IMG/VR virus record: IMGVR_UViG_3300010403_000023
Direction: 5' to 3' (one strand)
Length of the DNA stretch: 64,000 nucleotides
Origin: a virus
Taxonomy: Duplodnaviria > Heunggongvirae > Uroviricota > Caudoviricetes
Shown: in pieces, positions 35,180-44,796 of the stretch
Layout of the letters: each line of letters starts with the position of its first letter
Position numbering within the stretch: position 1 is the first letter of the stretch
Position numbers and translations under genes: made by a program
Notes under the pieces: generated by a model
The model's input: the letters and a program-made list of their open reading frames with translations, nothing else
Told to the model about the DNA's origin: nothing
Databases searched by the model: none

Positions 35180-35964
35180 TACTTGTTTGCTAAAATTTCT
35201 TTTTTATCATTATCGCCCATCTGGTACATCTTGTCGTCACCTATATATGCTGCATATTTCTTTTGTAGTTCAGCCAGGAAGATAGGCGTTACCTGCTCGC
35301 TCCACTCTAGCTGCGTACTGCCTGTTGCGTCATAAATAGCAATATCATTTACTATCGTGTATGAAAATACGGATTTTACCGGAGTTTTGAGATAATATAA
35401 CAGGATGGAGTTCACTCCTTTTGGCGCTACCTTGAAACCACCTTGAAATTGAGTCATCTTCGGTTTCTTGATGGTCGCACCTTTTGTCTTGTGCTCCAGA
35501 CAGGATGGCCAGCGCTGCAGGTCAATCAGTACGAGTTGTCTTTCCTCTATGTTGGCGCCGGCGAAGTTTATTGCCAGTTGCGCCATATCCGGGTCATTCC
35601 ACCTTTTACTATTTCCTTTTGCGTCAATGATCGGGTAGGCTTGGTTGCAGAAACAGGTATCTTCTTCTGCCTGGACCAATATTGATCCGTTGAGAAAGAA
35701 TTCATAATTTGCCGGATATACGGCTATACCGAAATTCCCTCCTGGTTGAGGTGTTACTATAATATTAGCGTACAGGGTGAAGGGGCTGAGAAAATCACTT
35801 AGGATTTGGTTTATTGCATACTCTTCTGCTAATTTTTTGAAGTACCAGTCTGATACTTCATTATACCAATTATTAAAGACAGTAGGAGGTATCTGTCCGT
35901 TTTGAGAGACATTTACTAAAGTCATTAATCTTTGCCAGGTAGTGAAGTTATTTATTACTGTCAT
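35179..35964 (-). CDS. hypothetical structural protein (261 aa)
   Basis: Start/stop overlap (ATGA-type) with the downstream gene. Confidence 0.6.
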   Translation of the reverse strand: MTVINNFTTWQRLMTLVNVSQNGQIPPTVFNNWYNEVSDWYFKKLAEEYAINQILSDFLSPFTLYANIIVTPQPGGNFGIAVYPANYEFFLNGSILVQAEEDTCFCNQAYPIIDAKGNSKRWNDPDMAQLAINFAGANIEERQLVLIDLQRWPSCLEHKTKGATIKKPKMTQFQGGFKVAPKGVNSILLYYLKTPVKSVFSYTIVNDIAIYDATGSTQLEWSEQVTPIFLAELQKKYAAYIGDDKMYQMGDNDKKEILANK

Positions 35965-35974
35965 TTTTTACTTT

Positions 35975-36050
35975 TTGTTAGCCATCATTCTTATCGCTTG
36001 GCATCGTCCCTTGCGACGCCCCGTTTTAAGGTTCCGAACTACTATCATCT
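35975..36050 (-). repeat. IGR-1 copy (degenerate variant A, reverse; core TTGCGACGCCCCGT at 36011-36024)
   Basis: Left boundary of cassette C; arm shared with the 33900 copy. Confidence 0.8.
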
Positions 36051-36205
36051 TCTCTTTTTTTATTTATCCTCCATATAAATCCAGCAGGAACATCAAACTC
36101 AAATCGTTGTACTAAAATAGGCGTATAATTACCAAATGGATTATAGTCCGGTGGATGGTAAACAACTTTTCTTAATGGTCGCAGTGATTGATCTTCTCTT
36201 TCCAT
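36026..36205 (-). CDS. cassette C small ORF (59 aa; MEREDQSLRPLRKVVYHPPDYNPFG..)
   Basis: Short ORF between inverted IGR-1 copies; same leader and start module as cassettes A and B; speculative. Confidence 0.25.
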   Translation of the reverse strand: MEREDQSLRPLRKVVYHPPDYNPFGNYTPILVQRFEFDVPAGFIWRINKKREDDSSSEP

Positions 36206-36235
36206 AAAATATACAAAGTTTAATCCTTAAATGCA

Positions 36236-36295
36236 GATCAACGGAGCGTCGCAAATCAAGCTGATAGCTATTCTCCGCTGGTAACAAAAATATTT
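36236..36295 (+). repeat. IGR-1 copy (variant A; core at 36239-36253; AATCAAGCTGATAGCTATTCTCCGCTGGTAACAAAAATATTT)
   Basis: Right boundary of cassette C. Confidence 0.85.
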
Positions 36296-39200
36296 AAATC
36301 AATGACGTCGGACTATACACTCCAACCCCACTTATCGGCACCACATTATAAATATCCAGAGTAGGCATATCTATTAACCCTAAGAACTGTCCATTAATTT
36401 TATACAGCAATATTGAACTACCCGGAGCTCCATATCCAAAGTTATCAATAGTAAGAACACCCAGACAGTTACCGAGTGGTTTAAAGTTATATCCTCCTGT
36501 AATTGTTCCACTTACTATGGACTGCATATCCGCAATTACCGGTGTTCCTCCCAGTGTTGGTGTACTGAGCATGATCGCACAATACCTGCCTGTAATAGCC
36601 TGCGTCACCCAGTAAAGCACTGTTGCAAAGTAAACAGTATTCAATCTGTACTGGAATGCCGCACTACCTCCAAGGAGTAATGAGTATGGCACCTTAACCC
36701 CCGTAGATACCGTATATTTAACGACGGTAGCAAACTGACCGCTAAAGTATATGGTATCTACTCCGTCAAATGACGCAGCCCATACATCTTCTGTACCATT
36801 AGCTATTATTGTAGTAGTGCTGATATTATGGGATACCATATCAAATATCGGTATCAGCCCTATCCCTACTGTGCTGGGCCTTCCTCCTATCTGCGTTTCC
36901 ATATCGCCTTCCTGCGTGAAATAGAGCGATCCATTTATCAGGCACCGTGGGCATTTACCTATCAGTTGATCAAACTGGTTGGAATACGTAATCCCGGTAC
37001 CTGAGCCGTACATATCCAGTATCCATAGGCATCCTGTCGTACTTTCTACTACAACTATAGCATTCAGACTCATGCTGGCATAAGTATCAGTAGGGAAGTA
37101 GAGTGAGTAGAGCGATGGAATTAATGTAGGGCTGCTTTCCAATGTTTTAGTATAAGGAATACCGGTAAAACAGTCTGCCACTACCGCATTCAATGATATG
37201 GTCCTGATAACAGTTGGAAATAACGGAGTGGATACATCATAAAATGTAATCAACCCGGTATCTGTTTCTGTATCTGCCATTACGCTACCCTGCTTAATTG
37301 TATGCCACTTCCTTTTATTGGCCGTGGCACCCGGAATTTTACCTATTTCAGCCATGGTATGAAGCCCTATTCCGTACTGACCGTTTGCGGTAGACGGGGG
37401 GCTGGTCATGTTCGCATGATTAGCCCCGTAGAGCAGGTAATTAGCACTTCCTTTATCCAAGATAACCACCGGAGGACCAGTATAGATGGCGCAGTTGGTA
37501 TTTGTAACCACAATATTGTTTATAGTATATCCAGCGCTGAAAGTAATGACTGCTGGTTTTGTGGGAGTCGCATTAAGTGCAGCTATCAGTGCTGTAATAT
37601 CTGCTACTATTCCCAAAGCTACATTACCCCCTCCTATGCCAAAATTCACAACGGCATTTAGCGGAAAATCGGCTGCTGTAACTACAGTAACCACAGGCAG
37701 GCAGTAATCGCTTAGATTCAGTACGTAAAATTGCTTGCCGTTCACGCATACATCTGAGGTGGATAATGTGTCTACAGGAATAGTTCCCGGGATTGAGGCA
37801 GGATTGATAAGATTGCACTGAACCGTACAGTTATCCTGGACAGACCATGTGCCAAATACGTTCCAGCTTGAGTCACCGTTAAGAATGCTCACCACATCAT
37901 TAATCGTATATGCTATACCTATCACGTTCACTCCGGCTGCATCATATATGCGCAACGATGGATTAAATGGAGTAGTGGCGGGACATCCGGTAGGCGGGGT
38001 AGAGCCTCCGACAATCACCATAGTATCTGTTACGATAACAGGCGGTACGACCGGAGTGCTGGATGGGATAATTTTAACAACAGGAATAGTCGTACCCGCA
38101 TTTGCCGGATAAAATCCTACAACGCAATTACCTTCATTAAATGCTGTACCATATACCATCCATGCGGCATTGGAGTTAATGATACTTACCATGTCGTCCG
38201 CTGAAGTTGCTGTACCGATAACAGTCACTCCAGTCGGATCATACACATCGGCTGGGAAGTAACTTAATGGACAGATGGCAGGTGGCAATGACGTATTTTT
38301 ATTCAGGACAACAACCTGAACAGGACAACAACCTGAAATTCCGGATGAAGAGCTTCCGCCATTGGTAAAACTTACCCCTGTGTTTTCATCGCAGCCACAA
38401 TCGCAATTTTCATCCAGATTGGCTAATTTCTGTATTTCAAGTATTAGTTTCGTAACATCAATTCCACAAAGTGGCTGTAAAATACCGGTAATAATTTCGC
38501 TGAAAAGCAGATTTACACGGGTTATTTTATTCATCAGCGAAGCGTCCTCTAATGTACCACATGTTTTTTTAGAGAGTTCATAAAACTTGTGTATCTGGCA
38601 ATTTAGTTTGCATAGATTTATATTGCACAGCACCGAAAAAATAATTCCTATCTGCCCATTTTTATCATATGCTTTATACTGAACCTTTACGCTCACATTA
38701 TCGCCTAACACATAGGTACAATAATCATACAGGAATAACGTAAAACCATTAGCACTATAAGACGAAAAGAAGGTAATATACGGGAATAATCCAGTGCCGC
38801 TATCCCCGTTAGTTGGCTGATTGCCATTTATATCTGGTGGATACTCCAACACCCATCTATTTGTAATAACTGAAGGGATGATTACATTGTTATAAGTAAA
38901 ATTGGTAGTATCAGAACATATTATTTTTGCTGGATTAGTAGTGCAGTCTATTTTTACGGAGGCATTGGCCTTTCCAAAATTTCCGCACGTATTACTATCA
39001 TTCCCATTTGGCCGCGTAAGTAATACTGATTTTGATAAAGCGTAGTATGGGTTAGGATTAAGTGTAGGATCATCAGCAACATATACCGTTACTACATAAG
39101 GGCTATTGGTAGAAAACTCTACCTGGCCACATGGAGGTGTACCGAATGGAGTTGGTATTTGCTCGGGCACCACAATAGTTGACCAAACTACACCATTAAC

Positions 39201-39431
39201 ATCCGGAGGTAATGGCAGCGCAGGTGAAAATGGATTAGGTACAATGGTTAATATCCCGCGATGAACTGCTATTCCGCTTGGCGTAACTATAGAATACCAC
39301 CATTTCAGGTTTGCGGGTATAAGGACGGTACTTAAATTAGTTATAGTAATCGTCGGTGTGGCGCCTGAAATATCAAACAATACCCCGAAATCAAGGTTTG
39401 TTATGGCAGAACTATTTATAGGAAGACCCAT
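36294..39431 (-). CDS. large tail-fibre or receptor-binding-like protein (1045 aa; Thr/Gly/Val/Asn-rich with Cys clusters)
   Basis: Composition typical of beta-rich fibre proteins; CDCGCDENTG cluster. Confidence 0.7.
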   Translation of the reverse strand: MGLPINSSAITNLDFGVLFDISGATPTITITNLSTVLIPANLKWWYSIVTPSGIAVHRGILTIVPNPFSPALPLPPDVNGVVWSTIVVPEQIPTPFGTPPCGQVEFSTNSPYVVTVYVADDPTLNPNPYYALSKSVLLTRPNGNDSNTCGNFGKANASVKIDCTTNPAKIICSDTTNFTYNNVIIPSVITNRWVLEYPPDINGNQPTNGDSGTGLFPYITFFSSYSANGFTLFLYDYCTYVLGDNVSVKVQYKAYDKNGQIGIIFSVLCNINLCKLNCQIHKFYELSKKTCGTLEDASLMNKITRVNLLFSEIITGILQPLCGIDVTKLILEIQKLANLDENCDCGCDENTGVSFTNGGSSSSGISGCCPVQVVVLNKNTSLPPAICPLSYFPADVYDPTGVTVIGTATSADDMVSIINSNAAWMVYGTAFNEGNCVVGFYPANAGTTIPVVKIIPSSTPVVPPVIVTDTMVIVGGSTPPTGCPATTPFNPSLRIYDAAGVNVIGIAYTINDVVSILNGDSSWNVFGTWSVQDNCTVQCNLINPASIPGTIPVDTLSTSDVCVNGKQFYVLNLSDYCLPVVTVVTAADFPLNAVVNFGIGGGNVALGIVADITALIAALNATPTKPAVITFSAGYTINNIVVTNTNCAIYTGPPVVILDKGSANYLLYGANHANMTSPPSTANGQYGIGLHTMAEIGKIPGATANKRKWHTIKQGSVMADTETDTGLITFYDVSTPLFPTVIRTISLNAVVADCFTGIPYTKTLESSPTLIPSLYSLYFPTDTYASMSLNAIVVVESTTGCLWILDMYGSGTGITYSNQFDQLIGKCPRCLINGSLYFTQEGDMETQIGGRPSTVGIGLIPIFDMVSHNISTTTIIANGTEDVWAASFDGVDTIYFSGQFATVVKYTVSTGVKVPYSLLLGGSAAFQYRLNTVYFATVLYWVTQAITGRYCAIMLSTPTLGGTPVIADMQSIVSGTITGGYNFKPLGNCLGVLTIDNFGYGAPGSSILLYKINGQFLGLIDMPTLDIYNVVPISGVGVYSPTSLI

Positions 39432-39470
39432 CGTATATATGTTTTACATTTTATTTAAAGAGGAAGGGCA

Positions 39471-39494
39471 AGAGCATTTGCCCCTGCCCTTCCT
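39471..39494 (-). terminator. strong GC-rich hairpin (AGGAAGGGCA..TGCCCTTCCT with inner GGGCAA/TTGCCC) downstream of the 329-aa gene
   Basis: 10-bp perfect inverted repeat read directly from the sequence; a T-rich tract on the - strand. Confidence 0.5.
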
Positions 39495-39518
39495 GGGTAT
39501 TATTGAATAATACATCAC

Positions 39519-40508
39519 CTAACAAGCTCCGGCCGTCGCTGTTGCTATAAGGGTTGTATCATTGTATATTTTCAGGACTGCACTTACCGTTACAATATTT
39601 ATCTTATGAGAACCGGATATCGTAAGAACTGCTCCTGATTCAAAATGCGGTTTCACTGCATTTATCAGCGTTTGCATATTCAAATCTGTCAGCATAAATG
39701 CTCCGAAAGAAATGGTGCTTGCAGTTCCTAACTTCATACCATTCACCGCAGCCGGGGTAGAGAATGAAGTTAAATCCAGGCACCATGAGGTTGGTGTAAG
39801 TTGAGGTTCTACACCTGCATGGTCTACAAATATCACATCTGTATCAGCGCTGCTCAGTGTAACGATATCGCCAGTATGCGACCATGTTCCGTAATTACTC
39901 CAGTTTGTATTTGCCCATGATACGAATAGGGCTGGGGTATTTACAGTGGATGGCGGGCTTTCTGTTTCAGGACTGTAGGCCGGCACCGCAGCAATACCAT
40001 TGAACCAGGGCCAAGGGATACTATATCCAAGACCAAGTGGATTATTAGGAAAAGAGAATATAAATGTACGCTGCGTAACTCCACTCACTATTGCCGTACT
40101 TACCGGGGCATTCTGAATAATCGGGAATGGTATAGTTACGGTTGGCATTACCGCAAGTGCTCCGCCGAGGCCGTCAGCCAAGGTTCCGAATTCATTGGTA
40201 GTGCCTACATAGTCAGAATCTACTATTGCCAGTTCCCATGTTTCACGATCCCATTTTACGCGAAGCACCTTCAGGGAATCAGGTGTTGGTTTGGTTGCAT
40301 CAAATGCCTGCTGGTACTGATACTTTATGAGAATACCATCGAGTGTGATAGGTATTCTCCAGAAGGCATCAATTATAAATGCACCTATCTGCGCGGTAGG
40401 TATATTTACGGTCGTGCCGGTTACAACGCCGGTCTGAAAATTCAGGGTGGTTAAATCTACCCCATTATGGGTGACAACCTGGTTACTTTGAACGTAATTT
40501 ACCGCCAT
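39519..40508 (-). CDS. abundant virion protein candidate (329 aa; major tail or capsid-associated)
   Basis: Followed by a strong hairpin terminator; Thr/Val/Gly-rich beta-type composition. Confidence 0.65.
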   Translation of the reverse strand: MAVNYVQSNQVVTHNGVDLTTLNFQTGVVTGTTVNIPTAQIGAFIIDAFWRIPITLDGILIKYQYQQAFDATKPTPDSLKVLRVKWDRETWELAIVDSDYVGTTNEFGTLADGLGGALAVMPTVTIPFPIIQNAPVSTAIVSGVTQRTFIFSFPNNPLGLGYSIPWPWFNGIAAVPAYSPETESPPSTVNTPALFVSWANTNWSNYGTWSHTGDIVTLSSADTDVIFVDHAGVEPQLTPTSWCLDLTSFSTPAAVNGMKLGTASTISFGAFMLTDLNMQTLINAVKPHFESGAVLTISGSHKINIVTVSAVLKIYNDTTLIATATAGAC

Positions 40509-40540
40509 TGCTGTTCTTTTTTATTATTTTTAAAATAAAG

Positions 40541-41578
40541 TTAGTTTTTTCTTGTTGCCATCCCAGTGAGCATAAGCATTTCTTTATATGCTACAATCCC
40601 CGAATCGTTGACAAAATGAATGCTCAGTTCTTCAGTTTGATCTTCGCTGTTTTTGGAAATAAACGTCATGATCACTTTTCTATCAATCTTCTTATCTTTA
40701 TTCTCAGAAAGTAAACTCACATTATTTACTTTCTGGTCGAATTCCAACACTTTACAGGCTACAGCCTTGGCAATTTCCAGGTGATATTGATTAAGCGTTT
40801 CGGTGATCACTTCCATGAACTGTACGGGTGAAGAATCGGAGTATTGCTTGATCAGCAAATGTTTCCGGCTGTATTCTTCCGGCTGACATCCAGGAGTTAT
40901 ATCCAGTATGCGCAATGTAGCGTCAATCTTGGCTTTATCTCCGGCAGTATATATAAATCCTTTACCGTCTTTTGATCGCAGGGAATTAACATAGTCTATG
41001 GCTGATAATTCAGAATCCATGGTTTCCAGTGCGAATTCTGCTTTTTTATCCATTTGAACGCAACGGAATTTAAAAAGGCCCGTGTGCTGCTTGGTATCAT
41101 GCTCTGCGTTTGGCCGGCTAATATTACAGTGGTGATTATTGATGTACGTGAGAAGCGTGGGATCGTCACCATATTTATCAAGAGACAAAAGACCGAATTC
41201 AAAACCTATTTTTAAATCCTTCGCTTTTTTCAATTCTTCCACAATATCATACCCTAATGATTTAAGCCCCTTTTGTTCTTCCCAGCCTGATTGTTTCTTT
41301 TCCGCCTTAGAGTGAAGCATACCGTTGCTATCTACCCACATATCTTCAATATGGATAACAGGGGCATTTGGAATATATTGAATTTTTGCGTACCCCTTCC
41401 CTTTACCAAGACACAACTCAGATGTCATGGTAATTAGGTTCAACTTCGACGAACGCAGGCAAATAGGATTTGGAGTACCTATTGTGTCTTTCAATTGAAA
41501 ACCAGAATTCCTTTGATCAATAAACTCAAAGGTTTTCGATTTCTTTTCTTCCAATGCTCGCTCTAAGGTCATGCTCAT
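40541..41578 (-). CDS. hypothetical structural protein (345 aa)
   Basis: Lies between the capsid candidate and the 329-aa gene. Confidence 0.6.
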   Translation of the reverse strand: MSMTLERALEEKKSKTFEFIDQRNSGFQLKDTIGTPNPICLRSSKLNLITMTSELCLGKGKGYAKIQYIPNAPVIHIEDMWVDSNGMLHSKAEKKQSGWEEQKGLKSLGYDIVEELKKAKDLKIGFEFGLLSLDKYGDDPTLLTYINNHHCNISRPNAEHDTKQHTGLFKFRCVQMDKKAEFALETMDSELSAIDYVNSLRSKDGKGFIYTAGDKAKIDATLRILDITPGCQPEEYSRKHLLIKQYSDSSPVQFMEVITETLNQYHLEIAKAVACKVLEFDQKVNNVSLLSENKDKKIDRKVIMTFISKNSEDQTEELSIHFVNDSGIVAYKEMLMLTGMATRKN

Positions 41579-41621
41579 AATAAAAATATTTTCTGTTTGT
41601 TTTAAATAACGAGGAGGCTGG

Positions 41622-43205
41622 TTAGAATGAAGGCATAATACCGAACACGTTTTCTATACCATTCACTGACATCATCAGCGTATTTGTTACTGAACCGGAA
41701 TATTCATCAGCATTCTTCAGTTTGAATTCATCGCGGATCACTTCATCCCATCCGTGCTGTAACCCCTGCTGTGACATCGGCCTCCAGAATTCTACCGGGG
41801 GCGTAGCCATACCATTGCTGTCTACTTGGCCATAGCCGGGCATTGCAATGCCCATGTTTGTAAAATATTTATTACCGATCCAGCGGGAATCGCTCCATGC
41901 GCCAACTTCTTTTATGAATAGGCTATCTCCACCCCATGCATAATTGTTGATACCTAAGCGTTTAAGTCCGGTGGAATCAAGGGCGCCCAGTACGCCGCGC
42001 TGGAATGTTTCAAAAGAATAGGCCCCACTGTTGTTTTTGAACATATCCTGCGCACGGCTTTCCATGCTCCGCTTGAATTTCTTAGAGCACATGAGCAGGT
42101 ATTCGCGGGATAGTTTTTGCGCGTCATTCTGCAGGGTGATAATGTTATAATCCACGTCCAGGTCAAAACCATAAGAGGGATCGAAGTTGTATATCTGGCC
42201 ACCACCAAAGAAAAGTTCGTTCATGTAACCATCAAACCCTCCGTACTGGCCAGTAACGAAATCTGCGGTAGTTACTGCGGTATTTGTCATTGGCTCCCCT
42301 GTAAAGAATTGCAGGTTAGCGGCCATGACCATATCGTTACGGGCATCCTGTGAACCTTTCAAGTCCCAGCTATCCAGTGTTTGGCCGGTAATAGTATCAA
42401 ATATCAGCGGGAAGGTTACTTTCTCAGGATATGCGCGTATAGTGTTTTTAGCCACTATATAGTCTCGCTTGATCATGAGTGGCTGAATACGCTTTACGTA
42501 GCCAGGTGTTTCCCATTCGCTATGCGGTACCGACGTATCATTATTGAAATAACCGGTAGTAATCTGTACATGCATAGGAAGCATTGGTTGCTGGGCCGGT
42601 ATATTGATAGTATAGCCCGCGTCGTTCGGAACTACATACACCAGATGCGCATATGGTGTGCTGATGTCTTTTTTGATAACACGGCACCATTTGTTGTCTT
42701 CGTAGATGAAAAGGCCGTCCCCGATATTGATGTTGGAATTTGCGCCATTATTGATATATTGGCTGGTAGCTATCTGGAAAACCGCATAGGCACCGGTATA
42801 GTTACCATTCACCACATCACCATAATAACAACCACCAGTAATTGTGCCGGAAGTGCCGGTTGCTGCACTCTGCGCATATATGTTGTTGTTTATGGCAGAG
42901 TTATACGAGATGTACATATTCGTAGCATCAATTTCTTTTGGAGTGCCCATTCCCCACAGGTCTTCAAAGAAATTTATCTCAGAAGGCTGGCCACCGATCC
43001 ATATTACACCTGGCCGGAATTCCGAATTCCAACGCGCAATATCATTTGAATCCCACGGAAGGGCGAATGTGGATAAACCTCCATTATCAATAAAGTTGCG
43101 CAGGCCACGATATACATTGGCGAACGCAGGTAACTGGTCCAGACTATTGGTAACCTGTCCTATAATCCTTTGAGGATAAAGTGGAGTGCGACGGTAGTTT
43201 ATCAT
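41622..43205 (-). CDS. major capsid protein candidate (527 aa)
   Basis: Position immediately after the scaffold-like gene in a portal-scaffold-capsid order; size and composition. Confidence 0.5.
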   Translation of the reverse strand: MINYRRTPLYPQRIIGQVTNSLDQLPAFANVYRGLRNFIDNGGLSTFALPWDSNDIARWNSEFRPGVIWIGGQPSEINFFEDLWGMGTPKEIDATNMYISYNSAINNNIYAQSAATGTSGTITGGCYYGDVVNGNYTGAYAVFQIATSQYINNGANSNINIGDGLFIYEDNKWCRVIKKDISTPYAHLVYVVPNDAGYTINIPAQQPMLPMHVQITTGYFNNDTSVPHSEWETPGYVKRIQPLMIKRDYIVAKNTIRAYPEKVTFPLIFDTITGQTLDSWDLKGSQDARNDMVMAANLQFFTGEPMTNTAVTTADFVTGQYGGFDGYMNELFFGGGQIYNFDPSYGFDLDVDYNIITLQNDAQKLSREYLLMCSKKFKRSMESRAQDMFKNNSGAYSFETFQRGVLGALDSTGLKRLGINNYAWGGDSLFIKEVGAWSDSRWIGNKYFTNMGIAMPGYGQVDSNGMATPPVEFWRPMSQQGLQHGWDEVIRDEFKLKNADEYSGSVTNTLMMSVNGIENVFGIMPSF

Positions 43206-43240
43206 TTTTTATGGTTTTATTTAAAATAAAGTTGTAATTT

Positions 43241-44371
43241 TTAATTATGACGACCGTGCATGGCCGCTTTCTCTTCCGGCGTGAACACTCTCGTTTTAGT
43301 GGTTTGCGTAGTTTGTGCAGTAGTAAAATTTGGTTGACGAATCGGAATAGCCTTTGCCTCAGCCAGCGTATCCATTTTACCTTTTTCTGCTGCTTGGCTT
43401 ATCAATAACGGAACCACCTTATCCCATAACCTGGACTTTAATTGAAGGTTGATCTGATTTTGAATATCTGCGTCCTTTATATCCTTCGGATCGGCATTTA
43501 TTTCATTGAGATAGTTCATCATGTGACTACGAACCTCTTTTTTGATCGCCTTAAAATCAGCGTCTTCAATAGTGTACGGTATTTCTATCTCCGCATCTTC
43601 ACCTTCCGGCTTGGCAGACAGATGTTTTTTGTACGTGCCTTTGGATGTCAATTCCGCAGGCAGTGCGTCAAAAACAGTGTCTATCTGTTTTCCAATCGCC
43701 TTGATATTTTGTTGTTTTGTGTTGAATGCCCTGTATTCCGGGTCAATAGTATCAATGAAACCAGCCTTTTCTTTTTTGAAACCATCAGCTTTGCTGTTCA
43801 TTTCTTTCAGCAGGATTGTACGTTTTGGATCAGTATCATCCAATTCTTCCCGGTAATAATCCCTGAAATACTCCTCCACCTCGTCCGCAGTGATTTTCGG
43901 GTCAATTTCTTTCATTTCATCCGAAAAGAGAGAGAGTGCTATTTCCCGGTTGGTTTTAGACCGGATTCCCAGCGCTGTTTCGTAATCCTCTCTTTTTATA
44001 TTCCCGGTAGAAAGTTTCCACGCCAGGGCATCGGCTTTTTCTTTTTCTTCCTGTGCGGCAAGTTCTTCTTTTGTTTTTGTAGGTGGGGGCACCTGAAGGT
44101 CCGAAATGGATTTTACTGCACCTTTTGTTCTTTTTGCCAGAATTTTATCAAATTCTTCATCTGGCATTTCATCGTAATTTATCAGAGCAGGTGTTATAGC
44201 AGCGGGTGCTGGTTCAGGAGGTTGCTGATCAGATGGGATAACAGCAGCGGGTGCTGGTTCAGCCATAGTATTCTTTATGGCGGGTTGCCTTTCACCTGGT
44301 TTTAGGAAGGCTTCGTTGGTCGCTCTTTTTACATCTTCAATTGTATGGGTATCAACAACACTTCCTTCCAT
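43241..44371 (-). CDS. scaffolding protein candidate (376 aa; acidic and Lys-rich, helical)
   Basis: Charged coiled-coil composition (EELAAQEEKEKADALAWK) between the portal and capsid candidates. Confidence 0.5.
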   Translation of the reverse strand: MEGSVVDTHTIEDVKRATNEAFLKPGERQPAIKNTMAEPAPAAVIPSDQQPPEPAPAAITPALINYDEMPDEEFDKILAKRTKGAVKSISDLQVPPPTKTKEELAAQEEKEKADALAWKLSTGNIKREDYETALGIRSKTNREIALSLFSDEMKEIDPKITADEVEEYFRDYYREELDDTDPKRTILLKEMNSKADGFKKEKAGFIDTIDPEYRAFNTKQQNIKAIGKQIDTVFDALPAELTSKGTYKKHLSAKPEGEDAEIEIPYTIEDADFKAIKKEVRSHMMNYLNEINADPKDIKDADIQNQINLQLKSRLWDKVVPLLISQAAEKGKMDTLAEAKAIPIRQPNFTTAQTTQTTKTRVFTPEEKAAMHGRHN

Positions 44372-44465
44372 GAGATCGAAAAATATTATTTCTTATCAAA
44401 AGTAGATTGCCTATTGCATTTTAAGAATAGTCTGCTTACATTTGTAATGTATATTTACATTTAGA

Positions 44466-44792
44466 ATGATATATTATAACTTAAACTCTACAGAGCAGGA
44501 ATGGGCGCATCTGAAAGAAAAAATGGAGAAATTATATCCGGGAAGAAGTATGACATTTGCTATTTCGGCGGAACTACGTAAACACATAAAAGACAAGGGA
44601 GGGTATGAGAAAATTTGCGCTCCCTGCGGTGACATTGAAGTGCGCAAAATAAACAAAACGAAAAAGATAAGAAAAAGTTATCGCGTTCCCTCTACTTTAA
44701 TCCAACCGCTGACATGCTTATGCTCAACTAAAGAGATATGCATTCCTGAATACATTACTCGTTTTATTCTTCACCCGCATCTGGATAAATGA
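44466..44792 (+). CDS. hypothetical protein (108 aa) on the opposite strand, between the scaffold and portal genes
   Basis: Fills a 400-bp gap; contains CAPCG..C..C Cys residues. Confidence 0.35.
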   Translation: MIYYNLNSTEQEWAHLKEKMEKLYPGRSMTFAISAELRKHIKDKGGYEKICAPCGDIEVRKINKTKKIRKSYRVPSTLIQPLTCLCSTKEICIPEYITRFILHPHLDK

Positions 44793-44796
44793 CTCT

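Noticed and set aside
37302-38583. Several + strand ORFs (37302-37661, 37486-37707, 37849-38112, 38362-38583) inside the 1045-aa gene
   Set aside because: They are nested antisense to a long, compositionally coherent - strand fibre-like CDS.
43442-44305. 287-aa + strand ORF antisense to the scaffold-like gene
   Set aside because: The translation is Phe/Cys/Arg-rich (FFFFLCGKFFFCFC), typical of an antisense frame of a Lys/Glu-rich gene. It lies fully inside the better-supported - strand CDS.
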